This document shows, piece after piece, positions 48,633 through 57,410 of a stretch of DNA of 64,000 bases (position 1 is its first letter; each line of letters starts with the position of its first letter). Under the pieces are notes generated by a model. That model was not told where the DNA came from. It worked only from the letters and a program-made list of their open reading frames with translations, and did not search any database. The DNA is from Blastocatellia bacterium. Its GTDB lineage: Bacteria; Acidobacteriota; Blastocatellia; UBA7656. The stretch spans positions 10,317 through 74,316 of the forward strand of contig DATFXM010000058.1 of NCBI GenBank assembly GCA_035315885.1, read 5' to 3'. The position numbers and the translations under genes are program-made.

Positions 48633-49166
48633 TCATTCGCAATGTGTTACCCGAGTCTTAATCTTGAATGTAGTCTGTTCGGGGTCGATTACCCTGTCGG
48701 TAAGGATGATGTGAAACGGTTGGGTGATTACCAACATCACCGGACACGAGTCCTCGGGAATCACCTCCCGAACAACTATCTTGACCTTTTTCCCTGACCG
48801 GACTGCTCTTTGAATCGAAACGTCATACCCTGACGAAGGCTGATTGCCCTGGTAAACCGCAACGATGCTGTGTTGCGAAAAATCGACCTCCGGCGCCGGC
48901 GGAATCGGAAAGGTGTTCGACATCGTAGCCTTCCAAAGCGACTGCCAGGCATCGTTATCATTTATCACATAGGTCGCCGCCTGCGAGTGTCCGCAGGTGA
49001 AATGCTTTAGCACGGTTCCAAACGTGATTACTCGCGCCGAGACAGGCTCTTCCGCTTCCTGCGCGCTTGCTCGATTCCCTTCCGACGGGCGGCCACGCAC
49101 ATCGCCGACGGTCGAAGCGATTAACAACAACGAAAAGAGATACACAACGCTCTTGGGGGCAGGCAC
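48633..49166 (-). CDS. Secreted PrcB_C-like domain protein
   Basis: Signal peptide. IVAVYQGNQPSSGYDVSIQ...KVKIVVREVIP...ITQPFHIILT matches my recollection of the PrcB C-terminal domain pattern. Confidence 0.5.
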   Translation of the reverse strand: MPAPKSVVYLFSLLLIASTVGDVRGRPSEGNRASAQEAEEPVSARVITFGTVLKHFTCGHSQAATYVINDNDAWQSLWKATMSNTFPIPPAPEVDFSQHSIVAVYQGNQPSSGYDVSIQRAVRSGKKVKIVVREVIPEDSCPVMLVITQPFHIILTDRVIDPEQTTFKIKTRVTHCE

Positions 49167-49269
49167 GTTGATCCTCCTTTCATATCTGAAATGTCAAAGA
49201 CCCGCAAAACTCCACCAGATCCGCAATTAGATCTCGCCCGCTCGACCTCAATGCGGTCCGCTCAATATC

Positions 49270-50670
49270 CTAATAGATCACCGTCACAGAAGCGCCTCGG
49301 AAGTAGTGGCTGAGTATATCCTCGTAGCCGTAGCCCTCTTCCGCCATCACTGCCGCACCTATCTGGCATAAGCCGACTCCGTGACCCCAGCCCGCACCCC
49401 AAAGCACAAACGCCTTCGGATATTCAGACCCTGGGTGATCCTCGACGTCTATGACAAACGCCGAGCTATAAAGGTGGGACCTTGAAAACGCCCTCCGAAT
49501 CTCCAGCTCCTTTCCAATAACCAGCGTCCTCCGCTCGCCTCGGATGCGAAGCATGACTATTCTTCCCGACTTGCCTCGTTGAACGGGTTCAATCCGCGAG
49601 ATACGACCGAAATCCACGTCGATCTTTTCGCGGAGCAAGTCGGAGAGCTCAGTGTTCGAATAGGCCACTCGCCATCGATAAAAGTCCGACGTTTCCTGGT
49701 CGAACCCAGGCAGGATGCGACTCAACAATTCCCGCGAGCTGGCGTTACAAAAGGCGGGCGGAGAACTTCTAATCCACCTGTTCGAATTCTCCGGCTCCTC
49801 AAGCGGCAAGTCGAAGCCTTTGGGGCTTGACCCTCGGCCATCGTAGACGCTTACCAGATACGGCACGTGCTTGTCTTCCCACGCCGCCCGAAACTCTTCG
49901 GTCATTCCCCCGCAGCTCTTCGAATATCGCGCATCGCAGATCTCTCCGCCGCAGGTCAACACCAGGCCGCGAGTGTCCCCCACCGCTCTGAACGCTTCAC
50001 TTGATAGCGCCTTGGAAATGCCCTGATATCGTTGACAGTGATCGTCCGCGCAAACGTCGAAGCCGTCGTGCGACTGGCGGTCGTACCACCGGACTCTTTC
50101 ATGCCCATCATTGGTTCCGCCAAGAGAGCCGGAATCGCCGAGGCTGGGGCGGGCCGACATCTGCGACAACAACCAGCTCCTGGAAACAATCGAGTGCGCA
50201 CGCAGCAGTTCGGATGGGGACAATGCGCTCATCTCGGAAGAGATCACGCTCACCAGGTAGTCTTCGAGCGGGAGCTCGTTTACTACCCGAAGCTGCTCGC
50301 CTGCAGCGCGCAGCGAGATCGCGCCCTGAAACACTTGCGCTTCGCGGCGCTGCCAATGAAACTCGATTCCGATCGTAACGTCTTGAACGGTGACGCGACT
50401 CACCGCAAAGTCGACCGGCGTAAGAGTCAGCGATAAGGCCTCACCAACCTCACGATAAACTCGAAAGGCGGCCGAGGTGGCGATGCCTGGCACAGGCAGT
50501 TCCGACGCTCTGGTAATTGAAACCAGACCTGACAACTGTCGGGCCTCATACTCGCCTGTCACGAGCGTTGTGCCGTCCTCCGCTCGATATGATCCAATAA
50601 GCGAGAAACGCACGATCGGTGCGGTCAACAAACCAACTCGGATCACCGGTTCTCGCTCGAACGAATTCAC
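49270..50670 (-). CDS. SpoIID/LytB-domain protein
   Basis: HDGFDVCADDHCQRYQG, YSKSCGGMTE, GHGVGLCQIGA. GTG start overlapping the upstream stop (GTGA). No N-terminal signal or TM segment is visible. Confidence 0.85.
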   Translation of the reverse strand: MNSFEREPVIRVGLLTAPIVRFSLIGSYRAEDGTTLVTGEYEARQLSGLVSITRASELPVPGIATSAAFRVYREVGEALSLTLTPVDFAVSRVTVQDVTIGIEFHWQRREAQVFQGAISLRAAGEQLRVVNELPLEDYLVSVISSEMSALSPSELLRAHSIVSRSWLLSQMSARPSLGDSGSLGGTNDGHERVRWYDRQSHDGFDVCADDHCQRYQGISKALSSEAFRAVGDTRGLVLTCGGEICDARYSKSCGGMTEEFRAAWEDKHVPYLVSVYDGRGSSPKGFDLPLEEPENSNRWIRSSPPAFCNASSRELLSRILPGFDQETSDFYRWRVAYSNTELSDLLREKIDVDFGRISRIEPVQRGKSGRIVMLRIRGERRTLVIGKELEIRRAFSRSHLYSSAFVIDVEDHPGSEYPKAFVLWGAGWGHGVGLCQIGAAVMAEEGYGYEDILSHYFRGASVTVIY

Positions 50671-51704
50671 CAGAGCAACTCCTCCGACGAAGTCATCCAG
50701 TCGAGCATCTGGTTGATCGCCTCTTCGTCAAAGCTGACTTCACGATAGATCAAGCTCATAGTTGCGTCGTCGAGCTTCTCGAAATGGCTCCGCTCCGGAA
50801 CTACCACGACTCCCGCCATGTCGATCGCGCCCGGACTGATGGTCAGCTTCTCGGCTCCCTCATTGTAGTAAACAGACGGCCGGTGAGCTGCCCTGGGAAA
50901 GAGATACACGGTCCACAACCTGTTCGAATACACCGTGACGATGTTCATCATTGGTTCGACGCTGCTTGACAGGCGTCCCAGCTCGTCGAGCACTCGGTAG
51001 ATCCACTGCTCGAGCTCATCGAGATTGCCTCCGCGAAACACGACCACCGTTCTACCGCAGCGGCCCAACGTAAAGAGCTCAAATGTATTCGAAGCAGTCT
51101 CCTCGCAGGTTGAGCAATCTTCTGAAAGCGCGGGCTCTTCGTCGAACAAATGTTCCGCGATGGGCAGCAAGCTGCTCGAACACGCTTGGAAGTGAAGATG
51201 GTCCGGCGCGGACGCGCCGCACTGCGGGCCGTTGTATAACGCGAAGAACTCGGAGCCGAGGTCACGCGCCAGCTCCAGTAGAGTTCGGGCGTTTCCTTTG
51301 ATCTCCTGTGCCCCGTGTTGTCGATCAACGATCGAGAGATGATTTGCAAGAATCGGATATGGATTGCAGAGCACAACGAGATCGCGCCATGCAATGCCTT
51401 TCTCTTCCGGCGGCAGGTTTGAATCGCAAAGAAAACATGGACGCGCGGCTACCGAGCTCTGGTCTACGGCGGCCGCAGTGCTGCGAATGCGACCGGGATT
51501 GTACTGAGCCACGACTTCGGCTTCCGCCACGGACAGGCCTTTCGTCTCGATGGCGGTGAACGCCTTATAACCCTCGCGCATCAGCGGCCAGTGCTCTCGC
51601 TGATGAAGCACCAAGGCCTTCACGCGCTGAGAAAATGTAGCTTCGCTGCTCTCCAAATACCCGGCGAGTTCAGATTCCTGGATAAATCTGTCTTCCCAAG
51701 TCAT
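50667..51704 (-). CDS. DUF4922-like HIT/GalT-superfamily nucleotidyl-transferase/phosphorylase-like protein
   Basis: RPCFLCDSNLPPEE, NPYPILANHLSIV, GASAPDHLHFQAC (HxHxQ-type motif). ATGA overlap with the GT2 stop. Confidence 0.65.
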   Translation of the reverse strand: MTWEDRFIQESELAGYLESSEATFSQRVKALVLHQREHWPLMREGYKAFTAIETKGLSVAEAEVVAQYNPGRIRSTAAAVDQSSVAARPCFLCDSNLPPEEKGIAWRDLVVLCNPYPILANHLSIVDRQHGAQEIKGNARTLLELARDLGSEFFALYNGPQCGASAPDHLHFQACSSSLLPIAEHLFDEEPALSEDCSTCEETASNTFELFTLGRCGRTVVVFRGGNLDELEQWIYRVLDELGRLSSSVEPMMNIVTVYSNRLWTVYLFPRAAHRPSVYYNEGAEKLTISPGAIDMAGVVVVPERSHFEKLDDATMSLIYREVSFDEEAINQMLDWMTSSEELLW

Positions 51705-53179
51705 CGACTGTTCATCCTCTTTCGCGCGACAATCTCAAGACTCCGCAGATAGTCTTTGTAAGAGTCGTAGCGGTTTGCAGTCGCAATCGGCAGCGACGCG
51801 TCGGAATTCCCTTCCCACCTCCGCGCAAAGTAAATCGAATCGTAGATGCGGCCGATCTCGTACTCGCGGCTAATCCTCAATGCCGCGGCGTAATCCTCGC
51901 CGTAACTCGTGTTTGGCAATCCGCCCAGACCCCTCAACAGCACTGCGTCGAACGCTCGAGGAGCACCGAGTCCATTTATCCGCAACGCATTGTTCCGGCC
52001 GTTGTCGCGCGTCCATTCACGATGGTCGATGAGACCCGGCGGAATCGGCTTCAGATCGAAGTCGACGATTGTATAAGATCCGATAACCATGCCGTAGTCG
52101 CCTTCCTGAAACCTCGCCACCATTCGCGCTAACGTTCCACTTCCGGCGTAAAGATCATCGGAGTCCAACTGAACAGCATATCGGCCGCAATGTGGACTGA
52201 ACAGCGCTTCGTTCCAGCATCCGCCTATGCAGAGGTCGCGCCGCTCCGGTCGCAGATGAATCAGTCGAGAGTTCGATTGAGCTATCCCCGACAGGATCTC
52301 GGTTGTGCGGTCAGTCGAATGGTTGTCGACTACGATGACGTTGAAATCAAAGTCCGCATCCTGTGAGAGCGCGCTTTCAACTGCATCTGTGATCGTGCGC
52401 TCGCGGTTGCGCACCGGGATGATCACGCTCGCTCTCACTGTTTCGGAGTCGCGCAAAGCAGCATTCGGACTCTTGAATTGAGGCTCGAGAAAAGCACCGA
52501 TCCTCTTCAAGTGCTCGGTGACTATCTGCTCCATTTCGATCTGATACTCGCGTTGTCGCGGATCGACGTAGTCGAACTGTTTCTCACCAGATGATCGCAG
52601 GTCCATCGGCACGCGCGTGTACAGGAATTCGGGTATCCGGCTTATCCGAAAATCGATAGATAACTTGAGGCGCAGGTCGTAAAGAGCCCCCCAGCGAAGT
52701 TGCTGCGGCAACTCCCCATGTCTTGAAAGAGCAGCCTTGATTGCAGACGTCGAGAAAAGACAAAGCGATCCGAAGTCGAAACTATCGCGACAGCTCCCAA
52801 ACTGGAAGTCAATCAACGGATGATCCGAGATCCCCTCGGCGGACTCTTCCCTGAAATCGGAGTAGACCATCCCGGTCTCTGGATCATCGGCAATCGCGGT
52901 CAGTCTCTCCAGCATTCTCGAGCCGGGCCTGACCCAATCCGAAGCGCGGACCCAAAGAAGATAGTCTGAATCGAGGTTGGCAATGACTTGGTTCAGTCCG
53001 GTTGCCGTGGCTGCGGTGTCTTCGATGCGCACGACCTTTTGTGACCGCTCTTCTGGAAGTGACTCGGAGTCTCCGCACAAAAAGATCCTGTCGACCATAG
53101 GGCTCGCAGCAAACTCCTCGACGAGTGCGCCCGTTTGTTCGTTTGCCGCGCTTGTTAAGGTCACGCTGACGGTTGGCAT
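51701..53179 (-). CDS. Two-module family 2 glycosyltransferase
   Basis: The C-terminal half is canonical GT-A (SVIIPVRNRE..VIVVDNHSTDRT..QLDSDDLY). The N-terminal ~230 aa is a degenerate GT-A-like module. Confidence 0.8.
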   Translation of the reverse strand: MPTVSVTLTSAANEQTGALVEEFAASPMVDRIFLCGDSESLPEERSQKVVRIEDTAATATGLNQVIANLDSDYLLWVRASDWVRPGSRMLERLTAIADDPETGMVYSDFREESAEGISDHPLIDFQFGSCRDSFDFGSLCLFSTSAIKAALSRHGELPQQLRWGALYDLRLKLSIDFRISRIPEFLYTRVPMDLRSSGEKQFDYVDPRQREYQIEMEQIVTEHLKRIGAFLEPQFKSPNAALRDSETVRASVIIPVRNRERTITDAVESALSQDADFDFNVIVVDNHSTDRTTEILSGIAQSNSRLIHLRPERRDLCIGGCWNEALFSPHCGRYAVQLDSDDLYAGSGTLARMVARFQEGDYGMVIGSYTIVDFDLKPIPPGLIDHREWTRDNGRNNALRINGLGAPRAFDAVLLRGLGGLPNTSYGEDYAAALRISREYEIGRIYDSIYFARRWEGNSDASLPIATANRYDSYKDYLRSLEIVARKRMNSR

Positions 53180-53874
53180 ACCGGCCTGAGCACCATTACA
53201 CCGGACATCCGGTGTCGCTTAAGAAACGCTTCCAGCTCTTCATCGATAACAGTTCGAGCGGTTCGGCTCGCATGGCGCAGCAAGAGACGAGTCCCGCAGA
53301 TTGCGAGCCCGACGTGAAACGCGTCCAGGTTTTTCCTTGTAGAAGCGAAGACCAGAATATCGCCCGTGCGGATAATGGATGAGCTCTGAACAACCCATCG
53401 CTTGGGGAAGCTGCGGAAGGTCACGGTCCGCGGCTTCACTCCAGGCACAATATTCAAATGCCGGCGGTGCTTGCGCGCCGCGGCGCCCAGGGTTAAATCA
53501 CGCACAAAGCCTGCCGCCTGATTTTGGCGAGCCCAACCGACCATGTAGTGATTTCGCTTTGTCCAGGACATCTGGCCGTCCTGATACCTTATTCGTTTGA
53601 GCACACTGACGAAGTCTTTCATGTTTCGCGATTGAGAAGCGGCAAGGACAGTTTCGATGAAAGTCACACAATCAAATCCCCGGGCCGAGACGCTAAGCTT
53701 CTCATTTTGATCGGGACCACCGCCTAGCGGGTTGTCCAGATACGGCCGGCCCAGAAAATAACCCGACACTCCTTCGAGCTTCGAGCTCAAATCCTTGTTC
53801 CCAAAAGCGCTCGATATCGCCGCTTCGATATCGGCTTTGTCCCTTCGAGCAACTGAGTCGCGTTGTGTTGTCAA
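53161..53874 (-). CDS. DUF1460 (N-acetylmuramoyl-L-alanine-amidase-like) protein
   Basis: GRPYLDNPLGGG, FDCVTFIETVLA, IRYQDG, RNHYMVGWARQN, GDILVF, FHVGLA, LRHAS. No signal peptide. Confidence 0.7.
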   Translation of the reverse strand: MTTQRDSVARRDKADIEAAISSAFGNKDLSSKLEGVSGYFLGRPYLDNPLGGGPDQNEKLSVSARGFDCVTFIETVLAASQSRNMKDFVSVLKRIRYQDGQMSWTKRNHYMVGWARQNQAAGFVRDLTLGAAARKHRRHLNIVPGVKPRTVTFRSFPKRWVVQSSSIIRTGDILVFASTRKNLDAFHVGLAICGTRLLLRHASRTARTVIDEELEAFLKRHRMSGVMVLRPVCQPSA

Positions 53875-54124
53875 GATCGTCTCGACGAAAGCTGACTAAA
53901 GCGATTGTCCCCAAGGTTCGTTGCAGATCCAAGCCCGCGAAATAGACTTGAGGTAGCCCTCACCCCTCAACGCCTAATTAACTTAGACTGAACGCGGCGC
54001 GCCATTATAGCAAAAGGCCAGCGCACCACCGAGTTGCCGACCCGGCTCGCGTACTCTATTCTCTTCTGGTTTCATTGAAGCGCACGCGAACCAAACTGGA
54101 AGCTGTGCGAGAAAGCGAGAGCGA

Positions 54125-54349
54125 ATGATAATTCCATTCAGCGAGATTCGATCGTTGATTCCATATTACATCTTTAACGAGTTCGGCCAACTGACTGGGC
54201 AGTATGTTCACTACGACGAAATCATATGTGAGCGAGAGGGCGGCAGGGTCCGCATCTGGCTTAACAAGGAATCGCATGAGGCTCGCGATCCAGAGCGTCT
54301 GATATGCGATTATTCCGAAGACGATTTGAAAGGGCTGCCGAGGCAGTAG
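54125..54349 (+). CDS. Small hypothetical protein (74 aa)
   Basis: Non-repetitive ORF. Its TAG (54347-54349) is the end of the first GCAGTAG unit, the same arrangement as at other bona fide genes. No homology recognised. Confidence 0.35.
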   Translation: MIIPFSEIRSLIPYYIFNEFGQLTGQYVHYDEIICEREGGRVRIWLNKESHEARDPERLICDYSEDDLKGLPRQ

Positions 54350-54467
54350 GCAGTATGCAGTAGACAGTAAGCAGTAGGCAGTAGGCAGTAATACGCGACT
54401 CACTGTTTTGTTAGCAAAGGTCAAAATCGATAGAGCAACCTGCCTACTGCACACTGCCTACTGCCTA
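54343..54467. repeat. Family-Q element. Seven GCAGTAG-type units (54343-54391), spacer, CTGCCTA-type arm (54440-54467).
   Basis: GCAGTAG GCAGTAT GCAGTAG ACAGTAA GCAGTAG GCAGTAG GCAGTAA ... CTGCCTA CTGCACA CTGCCTA CTGCCTA. It is followed by AAGGAG and ATG 54484. Confidence 0.9.
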
Positions 54468-54483
54468 CTTTCAAGGAGAAGAA

Positions 54484-55599
54484 ATGAGAATCGAGACGTT
54501 CCAGATGGAGCGAATGCAGTCAACCTGGGAGAACCTGGTTCGGTACAATCTGTCCGAGAGCGGCGTCCATCCCCTCAGCCTCGCGGAACTAGTCGGTGAA
54601 GGTCAGGACCGCGCCGCGCTGCTCGCCACCGAGCTGGGATACGGACAATCAAACGGCACTGCGGAGCTTCGCCAGGCGATTGCCGCTTTGTATCCCCCCG
54701 CCGACGAGCAGAACGTACTCGTAACCACCGGAACCGCCGAAGCAAATTTTCTAGTGAGCTGGCTGTTGACCGATCCCGGCGACGAAGTCGTAATGATGTT
54801 GCCCAACTACATGCAGCTCTGGGGTCTGTTCAGGGGTTTCGGAGGAGAGATCAGACCGCTGCCTTTGGTTGAAGAGCTGAAGTGGGCTCCGGATCTGGAC
54901 CAACTCGAGCGCGTCGTCTCAGACAAGACCAAAGTGATCGCCGTCTGCAATCCCAACAACCCGACCGGTGCAATCCTCACCGAAGTCGAAATGAAGCGAC
55001 TCGTTTCAATTGCGTCTCGAGTAGGCGCCTGGCTTCTCGCCGACGAAGTGTACCGGGGCGCGGAGCTCAAACGCGATCTGACCCCAAGCTTCTGGGGTAT
55101 GTACGACAAACTGATCGTAACGAGTGGGCTATCGAAGGCCTACGGTCTGCCGGGCTTGAGAATCGGCTGGATTGTTTCAACCAGCGAGCTGATCGCCCGC
55201 GCCTGGTCGTATCACGACTACACCACTATCGGACCCGGCCCGGGCAACGATCTGCTCACGCGCATCGCACTACGGCCGGAGACGCGTCGAAAGCTGCTTG
55301 ACCGGACTCGCAGTATCCTGAACAAGAATTTTCCAGTCATACGCGATTGGGTAAAGAGTCACGGGGAGACCTTTTCACTTATACAGCCGGAGGCTGGCGC
55401 CATCGCCTACTTGAAATACCGGCTGGGCGTCGGCTCTCTCGAGTTTGTAGAACGCCTCCGCAAAGAAAAGGACGTTCTGATTGTCCCTGGCGAGCACTTC
55501 GCTATGGGCAAGTACCTGCGAGTCGGCTTCGGTTCGAATGCGGCTTACTTGCGAGAGGGCCTCGAACTCATCAGCGAGTTCATCCACGATCTTGGATGA
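54484..55599 (+). CDS. Class I/II PLP-dependent aminotransferase
   Basis: CNPNNPTG, and SGLSKAYGLPGLRIGW (PLP lysine context). Confidence 0.85.
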   Translation: MRIETFQMERMQSTWENLVRYNLSESGVHPLSLAELVGEGQDRAALLATELGYGQSNGTAELRQAIAALYPPADEQNVLVTTGTAEANFLVSWLLTDPGDEVVMMLPNYMQLWGLFRGFGGEIRPLPLVEELKWAPDLDQLERVVSDKTKVIAVCNPNNPTGAILTEVEMKRLVSIASRVGAWLLADEVYRGAELKRDLTPSFWGMYDKLIVTSGLSKAYGLPGLRIGWIVSTSELIARAWSYHDYTTIGPGPGNDLLTRIALRPETRRKLLDRTRSILNKNFPVIRDWVKSHGETFSLIQPEAGAIAYLKYRLGVGSLEFVERLRKEKDVLIVPGEHFAMGKYLRVGFGSNAAYLREGLELISEFIHDLG

Positions 55600-55636
55600 G
55601 GACGCTAGCAGCCGAAGAACAACGACCTGACCCGAC

Positions 55637-56662
55637 ATGAAGCTTAGACTTGCCTTTGCAGGACTCGGCAACGTCGCGCGCGAACTGGCGCGGATACTGG
55701 AGGAGCGCAGGTTAGAGCTTGGCCGAAGATCGATCGAGCTGACGACTACCGCTATCGCTACCGCTAATCACGGATGCGTAACCTGTGACCGCGGCATTGA
55801 ACTGATCGATGCGGCGCGCCTTGTTGAGCGGGGCGGCTCTCTGAGCGAACTGCCCGGTGTTGTCTCGCACTCGGAACCGTTTCAATTGATCGAACGCTGC
55901 AACGCCGACGTTCTATTTGAAACCAGCCCTTTAAACGCTACTGACGGCGAACCCGCCATTTCATACATCCGCGGAGCCCTTGCGCGAAGAATGCATGTCG
56001 TAACCGCAAACAAGGGTCCGGTGGCGTTTGCTCACAAAGAGCTGCGCGCTCTCGCGTCGCGGTTCGGCGTGGTCTTCAGATTCGAGTCCGCGGTGATGGA
56101 CGGTGCACCGGTGTTCAATCTCGTCGACGACTGCCTTCCGGGAGTCGAGGTCATCGGTTTTGAAGGCATACTCAACAGCACCACCAACCTGATTTTGTCG
56201 TCGATGGAGTCGGGTTTGGACTTCGGCGAGGCGCTCGAGAAAGCTCAACAATTGGGAGTCGCGGAAGCAAATCCGGACTTCGATATTGATGGATTGGATG
56301 CAACAATGAAGACCGTAGCGCTGGCGAATGTACTTATGGGCTCGAACCTCAAGCCGGCCGACGTCAGCACAACCGGAATCAGAGGGATCAATTCCGCCCA
56401 ACTCGCCGACGCCCATCGTGAAGGGTTTGCGATACGTTTGATCGCACGCTCCACGAGGACTGCCGGTGGCGTAGAGGCTTTGGTAGCGCCCGAACGAGTG
56501 GGGTTGAACACGCTTTTCGGAACAGCCACCGGTACTTCGAACGTGCTGCTTCTCCAGACTGACTTGATGGGAGAGCTTGCACTTTTTGAAAAGGATCCGG
56601 GCCTCCGCCAAACTGCTTACGGATTGTTCTCGGATCTGTTAAGAATTGCGGCTAGCTGTTAA
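55637..56662 (+). CDS. Homoserine-dehydrogenase-family protein
   Basis: N-terminal GLGNVA Rossmann fold. VVTANKGPVA, ESAVMDGAPV, GILNSTTN, AEANPDFDIDGLD. Confidence 0.75.
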   Translation: MKLRLAFAGLGNVARELARILEERRLELGRRSIELTTTAIATANHGCVTCDRGIELIDAARLVERGGSLSELPGVVSHSEPFQLIERCNADVLFETSPLNATDGEPAISYIRGALARRMHVVTANKGPVAFAHKELRALASRFGVVFRFESAVMDGAPVFNLVDDCLPGVEVIGFEGILNSTTNLILSSMESGLDFGEALEKAQQLGVAEANPDFDIDGLDATMKTVALANVLMGSNLKPADVSTTGIRGINSAQLADAHREGFAIRLIARSTRTAGGVEALVAPERVGLNTLFGTATGTSNVLLLQTDLMGELALFEKDPGLRQTAYGLFSDLLRIAASC

Positions 56663-56695
56663 GAGTTTGGAGCGCCACCGAACCAGGAAGCGACT

Positions 56696-57397
56696 ATGAA
56701 AACCTGGGAACTCGCCGGACAGCTTCTGATGTCGCTGGTGTTCGGTACGATCATTGGCATCGAGCGACAGTGGCACCACAAGACGGCCGGCATAAAAACC
56801 AATACGCTGGTGGCAGTAGGCTCGACCGCATTCGGGCTGATTTCTATCCATGGATTTGGCCAAACCAGCAATACGACACAAATCGCAGCCGGCGTTGTGA
56901 CCGGTATCGGCTTCATCGGAGCCGGCGTGATTATGCGCCGCGCGGGCAACGTTCAGGGGATTAACACGGCGGCGACGCTGTGGGCGACGGGGAGCATGGG
57001 GCTCGCGATCGGAGGGGGCTATTATGTCCTGGCGCCACTGCTGCTGATCACCATTCTGACTATTCAGTTTGCGCTGGGGTGGGTAGCTAGTGCGGTTGAT
57101 CGCCGCTCAAAAATGATCAACCCCCTCCTGGATTACCGCCTGAAAGTCACATTCGACGCGGCATCCGTCAATGAAGTGCGATCAATCTGGAGAGATTTAT
57201 CTGTGCGGGACGGTGTTCTGGTGACTGGGTATTCCGAGTCGTTGTTTGACGAAGGTACCTGCAGTCTTGAGGCGTCGTTTCAGGTGACCGATGCTCTGGT
57301 TCAAGAACCTACAATCCTGGCTCAGCGACTGGCTACACTCGTGGGCGTCAAGTCAGCGAGCGTATTCCGCGCTCCACCGGCTGAAAGGGAGTTCTGA
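56696..57397 (+). CDS. MgtC/SapB-family membrane protein
   Basis: GTIIGIERQWHHKTAGIKTNTLV, GVVTGIGFIGAG, with a soluble C-terminal domain. Confidence 0.85.
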   Translation: MKTWELAGQLLMSLVFGTIIGIERQWHHKTAGIKTNTLVAVGSTAFGLISIHGFGQTSNTTQIAAGVVTGIGFIGAGVIMRRAGNVQGINTAATLWATGSMGLAIGGGYYVLAPLLLITILTIQFALGWVASAVDRRSKMINPLLDYRLKVTFDAASVNEVRSIWRDLSVRDGVLVTGYSESLFDEGTCSLEASFQVTDALVQEPTILAQRLATLVGVKSASVFRAPPAEREF

Positions 57398-57410
57398 GAA
57401 CTCAGAACTT
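57389..57410. repeat. Minimal family-S palindrome containing both convergent stop codons
   Basis: AGTTCTGA (57390-97), a GAAC loop, and TCAGAACT (57402-09) form a perfect 8-bp stem. The MgtC-like TGA is at 57395-97, and the aldehyde-DH stop (TCA on the + strand) is at 57402-04. Confidence 0.9.

Noticed and set aside
48163-48797. ORFs 48163..48504, 48179..48427, 48353..48661 and 48453..48797 (e.g. ...PRVAADGNPGLDDATPSGL..., ...LRTQHSGLRTQHSAHSTQH...)
   Set aside because: They are translations of the palindromic GGGTTGCG module and of the heptamer microsatellite. Near-identical peptides appear on both strands because the DNA is an inverted repeat.
54056-54454. 132-aa minus-strand ORF
   Set aside because: It runs through both family-Q repeat arms (the LLPTAYCLLSTAYCLLP segment is translated repeat), and nothing else supports it.
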